From: a virus
DNA: 30,993 nucleotides
IMG/VR virus record: IMGVR_UViG_3300001525_000032
Direction: 5' to 3' (one strand)
Part shown: positions 1 through 7,249 of the stretch, in pieces
Numbering within the stretch: position 1 is the first letter of the stretch
Layout of the letters: each line of letters begins with the position of its first letter
The notes under the pieces: model-generated
Database searches by the model: none
Seen by the model: only the letters and a program-made list of their open reading frames with translations
What the model was told of the DNA's origin: nothing
Made by a program: the position numbers and the translations under genes

Positions 1-75
1 CTCGCTTTTGACCGCGCCGCATGAGCCCTCAAAAAATTATTCTATCTTTTTCGCACAATTTACTTGACATTTGCG
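1..75. repeat. Terminal direct repeat, identical to 30919-30993; circular-genome assembly overlap or terminal redundancy
   Basis: Hand comparison: 'ctcgcttttgaccgcgccgcatgagccctc...cttgacatttgcg' occurs at both window ends. Positions 1-23 duplicate the last codons and stop of the transposase gene. Confidence 0.9.
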
Positions 76-92
76 GTTGTGCCGTTTATCAT
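64..92 (+). promoter_or_regulatory. Sigma-70/SigA-type promoter (TTGACA-17 nt-TATCAT) upstream of the HTH-only gene
   Basis: TTGACA at 64-69, a 17-nt spacer, then TATCAT at 87-92. It sits just downstream of the transposase stop across the circular junction. Confidence 0.5.
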
Positions 93-157
93 TAAGTGCG
101 AAAGAGCTACTAAGCTCCGACGCACTTATTTTTTTATGCAGAAACGGAGGCGAGACA

Positions 158-403
158 ATGAAATACGAGTGTTTGAAGCTCGAGGAGCGGCGGATTATCG
201 AGGCTATGTACGCCGAGGGTGCAAAGCCGGACGAAATCGCAAAGCGCGTCGGCAAGTGTCGAGCGACCATTTACCGCGAGCTCGAGCGGGGCAAGACCGG
301 CGAAACGGACTCTCGCTTTCGGCAAGGGTATAGCGCGGCGGTAGCGGAGGCTCGCGTCAATCGGTCGTACCGAAATAGAGGCCGTCGGAAAGCGGCTCAA
401 TGA
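158..403 (+). CDS. IS30-transposase N-terminal-like HTH protein with no DDE catalytic domain
   Basis: GGAGG at 146-150 precedes the ATG at 158. 'LKLEERRIIEAMYAEGAKPDEIAKRVGKCRATIYRELERGK...YSAAVAEAR' parallels the N-terminus of the 29893-30942 transposase ('...EIAEELGVHISTVYRELKRGT...YSPEKAEAR'). Confidence 0.7.
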   Translation: MKYECLKLEERRIIEAMYAEGAKPDEIAKRVGKCRATIYRELERGKTGETDSRFRQGYSAAVAEARVNRSYRNRGRRKAAQ

Positions 404-425
404 AGAAAAGGAGGTTACTCATACC

Positions 426-647
426 ATGAATGAAAAGACACTCACGGCGGAACAATGCTCCAAGCTCTCACTCTACATCCTTATGACGACCAAGACCCGC
501 GAGGGTGAGGCGGCGACATGGGAAAAGCTCGCGGAGGAAAAGAAAGAGGACGGCTCCCCGAAATATATCCACGCCGCCGACAACGCGCAGTTTTGGAGAG
601 AGCTCGACGCAGACCTCCGCGAAATACTGCGGGCTTTGGAGGCGTGA
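426..647 (+). CDS. Hypothetical protein
   Basis: ORF with AAGGAGGT RBS at 408-415. No recognisable motif. Confidence 0.6.
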   Translation: MNEKTLTAEQCSKLSLYILMTTKTREGEAATWEKLAEEKKEDGSPKYIHAADNAQFWRELDADLREILRALEA

Positions 648-649
648 GC

Positions 650-859
650 ATGGACAACTTTCAGAGTATCACGGCGAGCCCGGAGTCGCTCGCGGCGTTC
701 CTCGGCTCTATCCCGGCAATCGAAACGCCGTGGGACGAGGCTTTTCACCGGCTTTATTGCTCCTCGTGCTCGGCGGCGGATTGTGACGATTGCCGCCGCC
801 CGGAGCGGGATAGCCCGCTTTGGTGGCTCGGCCTCCCGGCGGCGGAGGTAGAGGAATGA
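650..859 (+). CDS. Hypothetical small Cys-rich protein
   Basis: ATG at 650 after GGAGG. Contains 'CSSCSAADCDDC'. Tightly packed with its neighbours. Confidence 0.5.
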   Translation: MDNFQSITASPESLAAFLGSIPAIETPWDEAFHRLYCSSCSAADCDDCRRPERDSPLWWLGLPAAEVEE

Positions 860-1023
860 ACAATCTCGAGAAATGGCTTATCTCCATAGAGCCGGAAAAG
901 GTTATCGAGGAAATCCGAAAGAGAGCTTGCTCGGAGTGTCCGGCGGCGGAATACTGCAAAAACTCGCCGTTAAACTTTTGCACGGAAGTTCTCTATGCGT
1001 GGGCGAAAGAGGAGGCGCTATAA
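856..1023 (+). CDS. Hypothetical small Cys-rich protein
   Basis: ATG at 856 overlaps the upstream stop. Contains 'CSECPAAEYC...NFC'. Confidence 0.5.
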   Translation: MNNLEKWLISIEPEKVIEEIRKRACSECPAAEYCKNSPLNFCTEVLYAWAKEEAL

Positions 1024-1929
1024 ATGGACATGGATTTAGAGCAAAAGGCCATTATGCGGCTCCGCGAGGCGGCGGACACGTCCGAACGCTTTTACAAGGC
1101 TCCGCTCATTGTGACGACCAGCGGCGGAAAAGATAGCTCCGTTTGCGTGGCGCTCGCAGAAAAGGCCGGTATTGACTTCGAGGTTATGCACAATCACACG
1201 ACCGTAGACGCGCCGGAGACGGTCTATTTCATCCGCCGCGAGTTTAAGCGGCTCGAGGAGAAAGGCGTAAAATGCACGGTCAATTATCCGCACTACAAGG
1301 GCGAGCGGGTGACTATGTGGAGCCTCATTCCGCAAAAGCTCATGCCTCCGACGCGGCTCGTCCGCTATTGTTGCTCCATTCTCAAGGAGCGCGGCGGTCA
1401 AGGCCGTTACATAACGACGGGCGTTCGTTGGGCTGAAAGCGCCGCGAGAAAGAAAAACCGGGGCATTTTCGAGAACGGACACTCTAACCCGGAGAAAAGA
1501 GTCATTCTCAACAACGACAACGACGACCGGCGACGGCTCTTTGAAACGTGCATGAGACAGCACAAAGCCGTATGCAATCCTATTATTGATTGGTCGGACG
1601 CGGACGTATGGGACTATATCGAGTCCGAAAAAATCCCGGTCAATCCGCTTTACGAGTGCGGCTTTTCCCGTGTCGGGTGCGTCGGGTGTCCTATGGCGGG
1701 AACACAAGGCAGACAAAAGGAGTTTCGCCGCTATCCGAAATACCAAGACGCATATATCCGCGCTTTCGACAAGATGCTCGAGGAGCGGAAACGCCGAGGG
1801 AAAATGCAAGGCACATGGAGAGCGGGAACGACAGGCCGCGACATTTTCCATTGGTGGATGGAGGACGGGGTGCTCCCCGGACAAATGGAGTTCGACGACC
1901 TCTTATTAGAGGAGGACGAGGAATGGTAG
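1024..1929 (+). CDS. PAPS reductase-family PP-loop ATP pyrophosphatase (CysH/DndC-like)
   Basis: PP-loop motif 'TSGGKDSSV' near the N-terminus and a C-terminal Cys cluster 'CGFSRVGCVGCP'. GAGGAGG RBS at 1009-1015. Confidence 0.75.
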   Translation: MDMDLEQKAIMRLREAADTSERFYKAPLIVTTSGGKDSSVCVALAEKAGIDFEVMHNHTTVDAPETVYFIRREFKRLEEKGVKCTVNYPHYKGERVTMWSLIPQKLMPPTRLVRYCCSILKERGGQGRYITTGVRWAESAARKKNRGIFENGHSNPEKRVILNNDNDDRRRLFETCMRQHKAVCNPIIDWSDADVWDYIESEKIPVNPLYECGFSRVGCVGCPMAGTQGRQKEFRRYPKYQDAYIRAFDKMLEERKRRGKMQGTWRAGTTGRDIFHWWMEDGVLPGQMEFDDLLLEEDEEW

Positions 1930-2132
1930 GCGCTGACTTTACCCGCACTTGCGAGGGGTGCGAGCACGTCGTAGCGGAGCCGTGGATAAAGGATACCCTC
2001 GCGTATCGGTGCTTTGCGCCCGGCGCTTGCCGGGGCTATATAGTCGGCATCGAAAGATTTAATCCGTATATTCCGGCGTGGTGTCCGAAAATCGGAGGAA
2101 TGAGAGCGCCGGAGAAAAAGACGAGGAGGTAG
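1923..2132 (+). CDS. Hypothetical small Cys-rich protein
   Basis: ATG at 1923 overlaps the stop of the PAPS-reductase-like gene. Contains 'CEGCEH...C...C...C'. In frame with track ORF 1590-2132. Confidence 0.45.
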   Translation: MVGADFTRTCEGCEHVVAEPWIKDTLAYRCFAPGACRGYIVGIERFNPYIPAWCPKIGGMRAPEKKTRR

Positions 2133-2137
2133 CACAA

Positions 2138-2584
2138 ATGAAAAAGCTCTATTCTAAGAAGCTCGGCGGCGAGGCGTTCGCCCTCGACGCGGCGCAACTG
2201 GACATTCTGAAAAAGGCCGGTTATACCGTGCCGAGCCCCGAGGAGGTTATCGCAGACGCGGCGGCGGTCAAAATCGAGCCGCCGGAGGGCGCTCGGGCGT
2301 ATGTCGTCTTTGATTTCAAGACCGGCGCTTTCGCCGTCCGCACTCGGACGCAGACTCTCACCGATAACGAGGTCGGCGGCTTCGTCGGCGAGGTCGTCTC
2401 GGCGGCTATCTTGAGTAATTTCGTCGAGCGGGCAGACCCGGACAGGCCGAAAGAAGCGGCTCCGGCGACGGCCTCTCCCCTCGTGAATATGCTCCGAGCC
2501 GCTTTCCTCCGCGCGGCGAGCGATAAGGCTCCGGCGACGGACAAGCCCACGGAGGCGGCAGACACGCCGGAGGTCGTCGAATGA
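2138..2584 (+). CDS. Hypothetical protein
   Basis: ATG at 2138 follows GAGGAGG at 2123-2129. The C-terminus is Ala/Pro-rich and low in complexity. Confidence 0.6.
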   Translation: MKKLYSKKLGGEAFALDAAQLDILKKAGYTVPSPEEVIADAAAVKIEPPEGARAYVVFDFKTGAFAVRTRTQTLTDNEVGGFVGEVVSAAILSNFVERADPDRPKEAAPATASPLVNMLRAAFLRAASDKAPATDKPTEAADTPEVVE

Positions 2585-2787
2585 TTAAGCTCGGCGACCG
2601 CATCACGGTAAAGCCCGCGACGTTCGACGTTCCGGGCAAGGACGGCAAACCGAAAGCAATCCCCGGGACGGTCGTCTACGTTCATCCCGCCGGGCGATAT
2701 TGTGTCCTCGAGTTTGACGTAGGCAGACGCGAGCCCGTGACTATCCGAGAGAGCTTTCAGCTTATCGACGGGAGGGTAGCAGAATGA
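2581..2787 (+). CDS. Hypothetical protein
   Basis: ATGA start/stop overlap with the upstream gene, suggesting translational coupling. Confidence 0.55.
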   Translation: MIKLGDRITVKPATFDVPGKDGKPKAIPGTVVYVHPAGRYCVLEFDVGRREPVTIRESFQLIDGRVAE

Positions 2788-3014
2788 AGCACGAGCACTC
2801 AGCACCGGCGGGATACCGCCCGCGCTTTGCCGGGACGATGAAATTATACCTCGTCCGTCACAAGGAATACGGCGAGCTCACCGTAAACGGCGTGAACAAA
2901 TACGAGGCCGTACACGCCGCCGCCCGCAAGTGGGGCGTTCGGTGGACGGCAATCGCCCGGGAGTGCGAGTATATCGTGCTCGCCGAGGATACGCCGGAGG
3001 GCGGCAGACCATGA
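2784..3014 (+). CDS. Hypothetical protein
   Basis: ATGA overlap with the upstream gene. An alternative start lies at 2839. Confidence 0.5.
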   Translation: MKHEHSAPAGYRPRFAGTMKLYLVRHKEYGELTVNGVNKYEAVHAAARKWGVRWTAIARECEYIVLAEDTPEGGRP

Positions 3015-3652
3015 CGAGACAGGAGCGGCGGAAACGTCGCAGACAGCGCCGCCGCCGGATGCAAGCCGGTATCCTCCTCTCGCTCGTCCTCGTGCTGGGG
3101 CTCATTATTGCGCTCCGGGCGGGCAAGGAAAGGGGGACGCTCGAGCCGGAAATCCCGCTCGCGGAGGAACGGCAAAAGCTGACGTACATAGCACCGGCTC
3201 CGGCCTTGCCGGATACGGCGGCGGAGGAAACGCCGGAGGAGCCCGAGGAGCCGCCGGTAGAGCTGGAGCCCGAGAACAGATACGCGGAGTTCCATTTCAG
3301 CGACGAGGACGTTTATATCCTCGCTTGCCTCGTCTACCACGAGGCGCGCGGAGAGAGCTTCGAGGGACAAGTCGCCGTCGTCGAGGTCGTTCTAAACCGT
3401 ATGCTCTCCGACTATTTCCCGGATACGGTCGAGGAGGTCGTATTTCAGAAATACGGCGACGTATGGCAATTCTCCCCCGCTCCGTACCTCTACTCGGCGG
3501 AGCCGGACAAGGAGCAATATCTCGCGGTGCATACCGCCATAGAGGAGCGGGAGCACATTCTTTCGGAGGATACGGTCTATTTTTCGACCGCGCCCTATAA
3601 CGAGAGCGTCGATATGATTATCGGCAATCACTATTTCTGTAAAATCTTTTGA
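3011..3652 (+). CDS. Cell wall hydrolase, SleB/Hydrolase_2-like, with an N-terminal membrane anchor
   Basis: Arg-rich N-terminus followed by the TM segment 'ILLSLVLVLGLIIAL'. 'LACLVYHEARGESFEGQVAVVEVVLNRM' is the characteristic SleB-type motif. Confidence 0.7.
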   Translation: MTRQERRKRRRQRRRRMQAGILLSLVLVLGLIIALRAGKERGTLEPEIPLAEERQKLTYIAPAPALPDTAAEETPEEPEEPPVELEPENRYAEFHFSDEDVYILACLVYHEARGESFEGQVAVVEVVLNRMLSDYFPDTVEEVVFQKYGDVWQFSPAPYLYSAEPDKEQYLAVHTAIEEREHILSEDTVYFSTAPYNESVDMIIGNHYFCKIF

Positions 3653-3667
3653 ATGGAGGAAAAGACG

Positions 3668-4303
3668 ATGCAACTCATTACCACAAGGAACAAGGAAATC
3701 TCTTTCGCAGAGCTCAAAAAGGCCATTTCGAGCGGGAACGGCCTCGAGCTTATCCGCCCGCGCGACAAGTTCGCTATCGAGCTCAAAAACGGCGAGCTCG
3801 TCAATGCCGTTTGCGGCGGCTACGTCAACGAGAAGCGCGCCCGCTTCGTCCTCGAGGACTGCCTCGCGGAAAAGTGGCGCATGAACGACACGCCGACCAA
3901 CAAGGGCGGATACCTCAAGAGCGAGGGACGGCGACACGTCCTCGAGGATATTCTCCCGCTTTTCCCGGACGAGCTCGCGGAGGCGTTCGTACCTCGCTTT
4001 TTGTCCGAGGAAATCGACGGCGAGCGCCACGAGTACGCCGATACCCTATGGATACCCTCCGCGACCGACGTTTTCGGCGCGGGGAATTGGTGGAACGAGG
4101 AGCCGGACAGCTTTCAACTTGAGATTTTCAAGCGCGAGCGCGACCGCGTGAAAGAGCACGTCGGAGACGGAACGTGGTTTTGGTGGCTCCGTTCCCCGCG
4201 TGCGAGCACCTCCTACTTTTTCGTGATTGTGTACACCGACGGCACAGTCAGCTACGCCAACGCGGGCATTTCGCTCGGCTTCGCGCCCGGCTTTGACCTG
4301 TAA
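3668..4303 (+). CDS. DGR target protein 2: stand-alone ligand-binding domain carrying VR2 at its C-terminus
   Basis: GGAGG at 3655-3659 favours the ATG at 3668, with an in-frame alternative at 3653. The C-terminus 'WWLRSPRASTSYFFVIVYTDGTVSYANAGISLGFAPGF' matches the TR-encoded peptide and the C-terminus of 22069-23322. Confidence 0.85.
   Translation: MQLITTRNKEISFAELKKAISSGNGLELIRPRDKFAIELKNGELVNAVCGGYVNEKRARFVLEDCLAEKWRMNDTPTNKGGYLKSEGRRHVLEDILPLFPDELAEAFVPRFLSEEIDGERHEYADTLWIPSATDVFGAGNWWNEEPDSFQLEIFKRERDRVKEHVGDGTWFWWLRSPRASTSYFFVIVYTDGTVSYANAGISLGFAPGFDL
4178..4294 (+). repeat. DGR variable repeat 2 (VR2)
   Basis: 117-nt hand alignment to TR 23840-23956. There are 18 differences, all at TR adenines, and none at the 85 non-A positions. 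Confidence 0.9.
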
Positions 4304-4319
4304 AATTCGGAATTAAAAA

Positions 4320-4344
4320 GCTCCCCGGCTCAATGCCGGGGAGC
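4320..4344 (+). promoter_or_regulatory. Hairpin downstream of VR2 (10-bp stem, loop TCAAT); candidate DGR homing cruciform
   Basis: GCTCCCCGGC-tcaat-GCCGGGGAGC. It starts 30 nt after the GC-rich 'ctcggcttcgcgcccgg' element and has no T-tract. Confidence 0.7.
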
Positions 4345-4364
4345 AAGCCACAAGGAGGCCGAAA

Positions 4365-4604
4365 GTGGTTAGACGCAGAAAATCAAACCTCCCGAAATGG
4401 CGGTACGAGTTCGATTGCCGGAAATGCGACAACATTCGAGAGGTACACGACCCGCGCAAAGGCAGAGACGGCGATTACTGCATCCCGTGTATAGAGCGCA
4501 TGGACAGCCGCCGCCCGAGCCCGATACACGCAGACGAAAAAGAGCGCGTCCTCCGTTGCGAGTGCTTTACGCCTATCCCGGAGGACGAGGAGGGCGAAAA
4601 ATGA
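4365..4604 (+). CDS. Hypothetical zinc-ribbon-like protein
   Basis: GTG start 6 nt after GGAGG at 4354-4358. Contains 'CRKC...CIPC...C'. Confidence 0.55.
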   Translation: MVRRRKSNLPKWRYEFDCRKCDNIREVHDPRKGRDGDYCIPCIERMDSRRPSPIHADEKERVLRCECFTPIPEDEEGEK

Positions 4605-4834
4605 AACGCAAAAAGAAAAGCCGCCTCGCGGCGGCGGAACTCCTCGCCGTGCTTATCGTGACGGCGGTCGTTTTCATCAAGAGCAGAGGCTACGCGCTCG
4701 CGTGGCGCGGATACGAGGCCGTCGGCGGCGAGTTCATGCTCTTGCTCCTACCTATTATATATTACGAGGCAAAGCGAATTATCCTCGACTATGTGGCGGA
4801 CTTCGTAGCACTTTACCGCCGCTCGGAGGACTGA
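4601..4834 (+). CDS. Small membrane protein
   Basis: ATG at 4601 overlaps the upstream stop. 'MKRKKKSRLAAAELLAVLIVTAVVFI' and a second hydrophobic segment 'FMLLLLPIIYY'. Confidence 0.55.
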   Translation: MKRKKKSRLAAAELLAVLIVTAVVFIKSRGYALAWRGYEAVGGEFMLLLLPIIYYEAKRIILDYVADFVALYRRSED

Positions 4835-5050
4835 AAATGCAGGACAGAAAAAGAGAAACCGCCGACGCTTTGCAGAACGTCGGCGGGGACTCGTCCCGGA
4901 AAAGACGAGCGATTACTCATACCTTTATTATTATAGCACTCTCCGGGACGGTATGCAAGGACAAAAAATCGAGCGCCAAGCGCGTTTTTACGGGCTCGTA
5001 TGGAATATTAACAAACCGACCATAGACGAGCTCTCGTCGGAGGGTATCAC

Positions 5051-5815
5051 ATGAGAACAGTTTACCGAGAGAAACGCTATTATTGCGGCGAGTATCTCGA
5101 CGTATATATCTACCCGACCTATACACAGGCTCGGAGCAGAGGCAAGCGGAGCAAGCCGACCTCCGCCGCTCAAAAGAAACTCAACCAGCGGCACAGAGAG
5201 GAGAAGCTCGTCCGCCTCCTCCATGCGAACTTTACGCCGGACGACCTCGAAATCCATTTGACCTATCAGCACCAGCCGGAAAGCCCGGAGGAGGCGCAAC
5301 GCCTTTTACGGAATTATATCCGCCGGGTGCAGAGAGCGCGGAAAAAGCAAGGGCTCCCGCCGCTCAAGTACATAGCCGTTACGGAAAAGGGCTCCAAGAA
5401 TGGGCGCTATCATCATCACGTCACGCTATCCGGCGGAATGGATAGAGACGAGCTCGAAAACCTTTGGGGGCTCGGCTATGCCAACTCCCGCCGCTTGCAG
5501 TTCACAGAGAGCGGCCTCGCCGGGCTCGGTCATTACATCGTCAAGAGCCCGCTTTACTCTCGGGCATGGAACGCCTCGAAAAATCTTATCGACCCGGAGC
5601 CGAAAACACGGGACGGGCGTATCTCCGGCAGACGTGCCGAGGAGCTCGCCCGGGACACGACCAACAACGCCGAGTATGAAAAGCTCTATCCGGGCTATTT
5701 CCTCGCGGATGCTGGCGCATGGCACAACGACGTAAACGGAGGAAAGTATATCGTCGCCCGCTTTTATCGGCGGGACGGTGTATTTATAAAACCGAAACGG
5801 AGGAAACGAAAATGA
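5051..5815 (+). CDS. HUH-superfamily rolling-circle replication initiator (Rep)
   Basis: Motif I-like 'EIHLTY', HUH motif 'GRYHHHVTL' and catalytic Tyr motif 'GHYIVKS', in canonical order. Confidence 0.65.
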   Translation: MRTVYREKRYYCGEYLDVYIYPTYTQARSRGKRSKPTSAAQKKLNQRHREEKLVRLLHANFTPDDLEIHLTYQHQPESPEEAQRLLRNYIRRVQRARKKQGLPPLKYIAVTEKGSKNGRYHHHVTLSGGMDRDELENLWGLGYANSRRLQFTESGLAGLGHYIVKSPLYSRAWNASKNLIDPEPKTRDGRISGRRAEELARDTTNNAEYEKLYPGYFLADAGAWHNDVNGGKYIVARFYRRDGVFIKPKRRKRK

Positions 5816-6195
5816 CAGTAAACGAGTTTGCAAAGGAAGTCCACGAGAACGCGGTCGCGCATGGATGGTGGGAGACGGCTCGGAGCTTTCCCGAGGTCGC
5901 CGCGCTCATTCATTCGGAAGTCTCGGAGGCGCTCGAGGAGTGGCGCGACGGAAATCCGGCTATCTATGGGTGTTGCGGTATCCCGGGCGCGGTCTGCGAG
6001 TTCAACGGCACTTGCGACAAGGACGAGAAAACCGGAACTTGCAAGCCGGAGGGAGTCGCCGTCGAGCTTTGCGACGCGATTATCCGTATTCTCGATTACC
6101 TCGCCTATATGGACGTAGACATTGAGGCCGTTCTCATGGCAAAGCATGAGTACAACAAGGGGCGCGAATACCGCCACGGAGGGAAACGCGCCTAA
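5812..6195 (+). CDS. MazG-like nucleotide pyrophosphohydrolase
   Basis: 'LIHSEVSEALEEWR' and 'ELCDAIIRILDY' match the paired acidic helices of the all-alpha NTP-PPase fold. ATG at 5812 overlaps the Rep stop. Confidence 0.6.
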   Translation: MTVNEFAKEVHENAVAHGWWETARSFPEVAALIHSEVSEALEEWRDGNPAIYGCCGIPGAVCEFNGTCDKDEKTGTCKPEGVAVELCDAIIRILDYLAYMDVDIEAVLMAKHEYNKGREYRHGGKRA

Positions 6196-6224
6196 ACCAC
6201 GATAACGCACGAGGAGGGCGAGCT

Positions 6225-6668
6225 ATGATTAACTATTTCGAGGCGGCGGAGAAAACTCTCCGCGCTCGCGGCTTGCTCGAGACGGCTTTAGGCAATCTCG
6301 AGCGGAAAAAGGAGCGCATTTTACGATACGGCGCGCCGTCGGAGTATCCGTCGGCGGATATGTCCAAGCCGTACACGGGCGCGAAATCTGTAAACGACGC
6401 GCTCGCGGACTGCCTCGAGCTCGCCGAGGCCATGCGGGAAATCCAGATTACCCGGGATAAGGTCGAGGAGATAGACGGCGTTCTCGCGCAGATGGACGAG
6501 GACGACGCTCGTATCCTCCGGCTTTGGTACATCGAGCGCAAGAGCAAGGAGGAAATCGCCGAGGCCGTATGCTATGCCTCGCCTACGTCCATATACGACC
6601 AGCGCAACAAAGCTCTTGTGCGCTTCGCTCTCCTCTACTTCGGCGCGGGGGCTATGCCGTCTATGTGA
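6225..6668 (+). CDS. ArpU/RinA-like late transcriptional regulator (sigma-70 region-4-type HTH)
   Basis: About 147 aa. The C-terminal 'ILRLWYIERKSKEEIAEAVCYASPTSIYDQRNKALVRFA' resembles sigma region 4. The gene sits just upstream of the packaging module. Confidence 0.55.
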   Translation: MINYFEAAEKTLRARGLLETALGNLERKKERILRYGAPSEYPSADMSKPYTGAKSVNDALADCLELAEAMREIQITRDKVEEIDGVLAQMDEDDARILRLWYIERKSKEEIAEAVCYASPTSIYDQRNKALVRFALLYFGAGAMPSM

Positions 6669-6834
6669 GGCGCTTTCTCGCTTATTCTCATGTATTGAAA
6701 AAAAGGTGTATGGAAACTTGCATTTTCCCCGTGCTATCATTGAGGCGTAAAGAGAGGTCGAGGGAAACCTCGCCGCCGTGCGCCCCGCGCTTTATGCGCG
6801 AGGCGTTCTCTTTATCCACTCGGAGGCGGAGAGT

Positions 6835-7149
6835 ATGAGAGAGTTTGCGAAAGCGTTTTACGAGTCTCCGGCATGGAGGCGCACACGAGCATATATTCTC
6901 AAGCGAGACGCGGGGCTATGCGTCCATTGTGGCGAGCCCGGCGTTATCGTGCATCACAAGATAGAACTCACACCGAGGAACATCGACGACCCGGCAATCG
7001 CGCTCGGCGAGGATAACCTCGAGACAGTTTGCCGGACGTGTCACGCATTGATACACGAGGGAACGCCGCCGCTTGCCGACGGCCTCGCTTTCGATGCAGA
7101 CGGAAATATTATCACAGCGCCACATACCCCCCGGGGTGCGCCGAAATAG
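6835..7149 (+). CDS. HNH endonuclease
   Basis: 'CVHCGEPG...VHHK...N...LETVCRTCHALIH' (HNH/zinc-finger pattern). Its position next to the terminase genes is typical of HNH-dependent cos phages. Confidence 0.8.
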   Translation: MREFAKAFYESPAWRRTRAYILKRDAGLCVHCGEPGVIVHHKIELTPRNIDDPAIALGEDNLETVCRTCHALIHEGTPPLADGLAFDADGNIITAPHTPRGAPK

Positions 7150-7249
7150 ATACCCGGTAAGTAACCGCGCCTCAATCCTCGGAAGAACCGACCCGGGCGC
7201 GCACATGAGGGGGGGGTAAAACCGGGGCGGAGGGAGGTTTACTCATTAT

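Noticed and set aside
64-333. Track ORFs 64-333 and 71-403 with upstream starts
   Set aside because: GGAGG at 146-150 and the homology to the transposase N-terminus begin at the ATG at 158. The upstream portion overlaps the promoter.
4837-5025. 62-aa ORF (in-frame part of track ORF 4702-5025) between the membrane protein gene and Rep
   Set aside because: No RBS, locally AT-rich, and it contains a strong hairpin. More likely a non-coding origin or regulatory region. Not annotated as a CDS.
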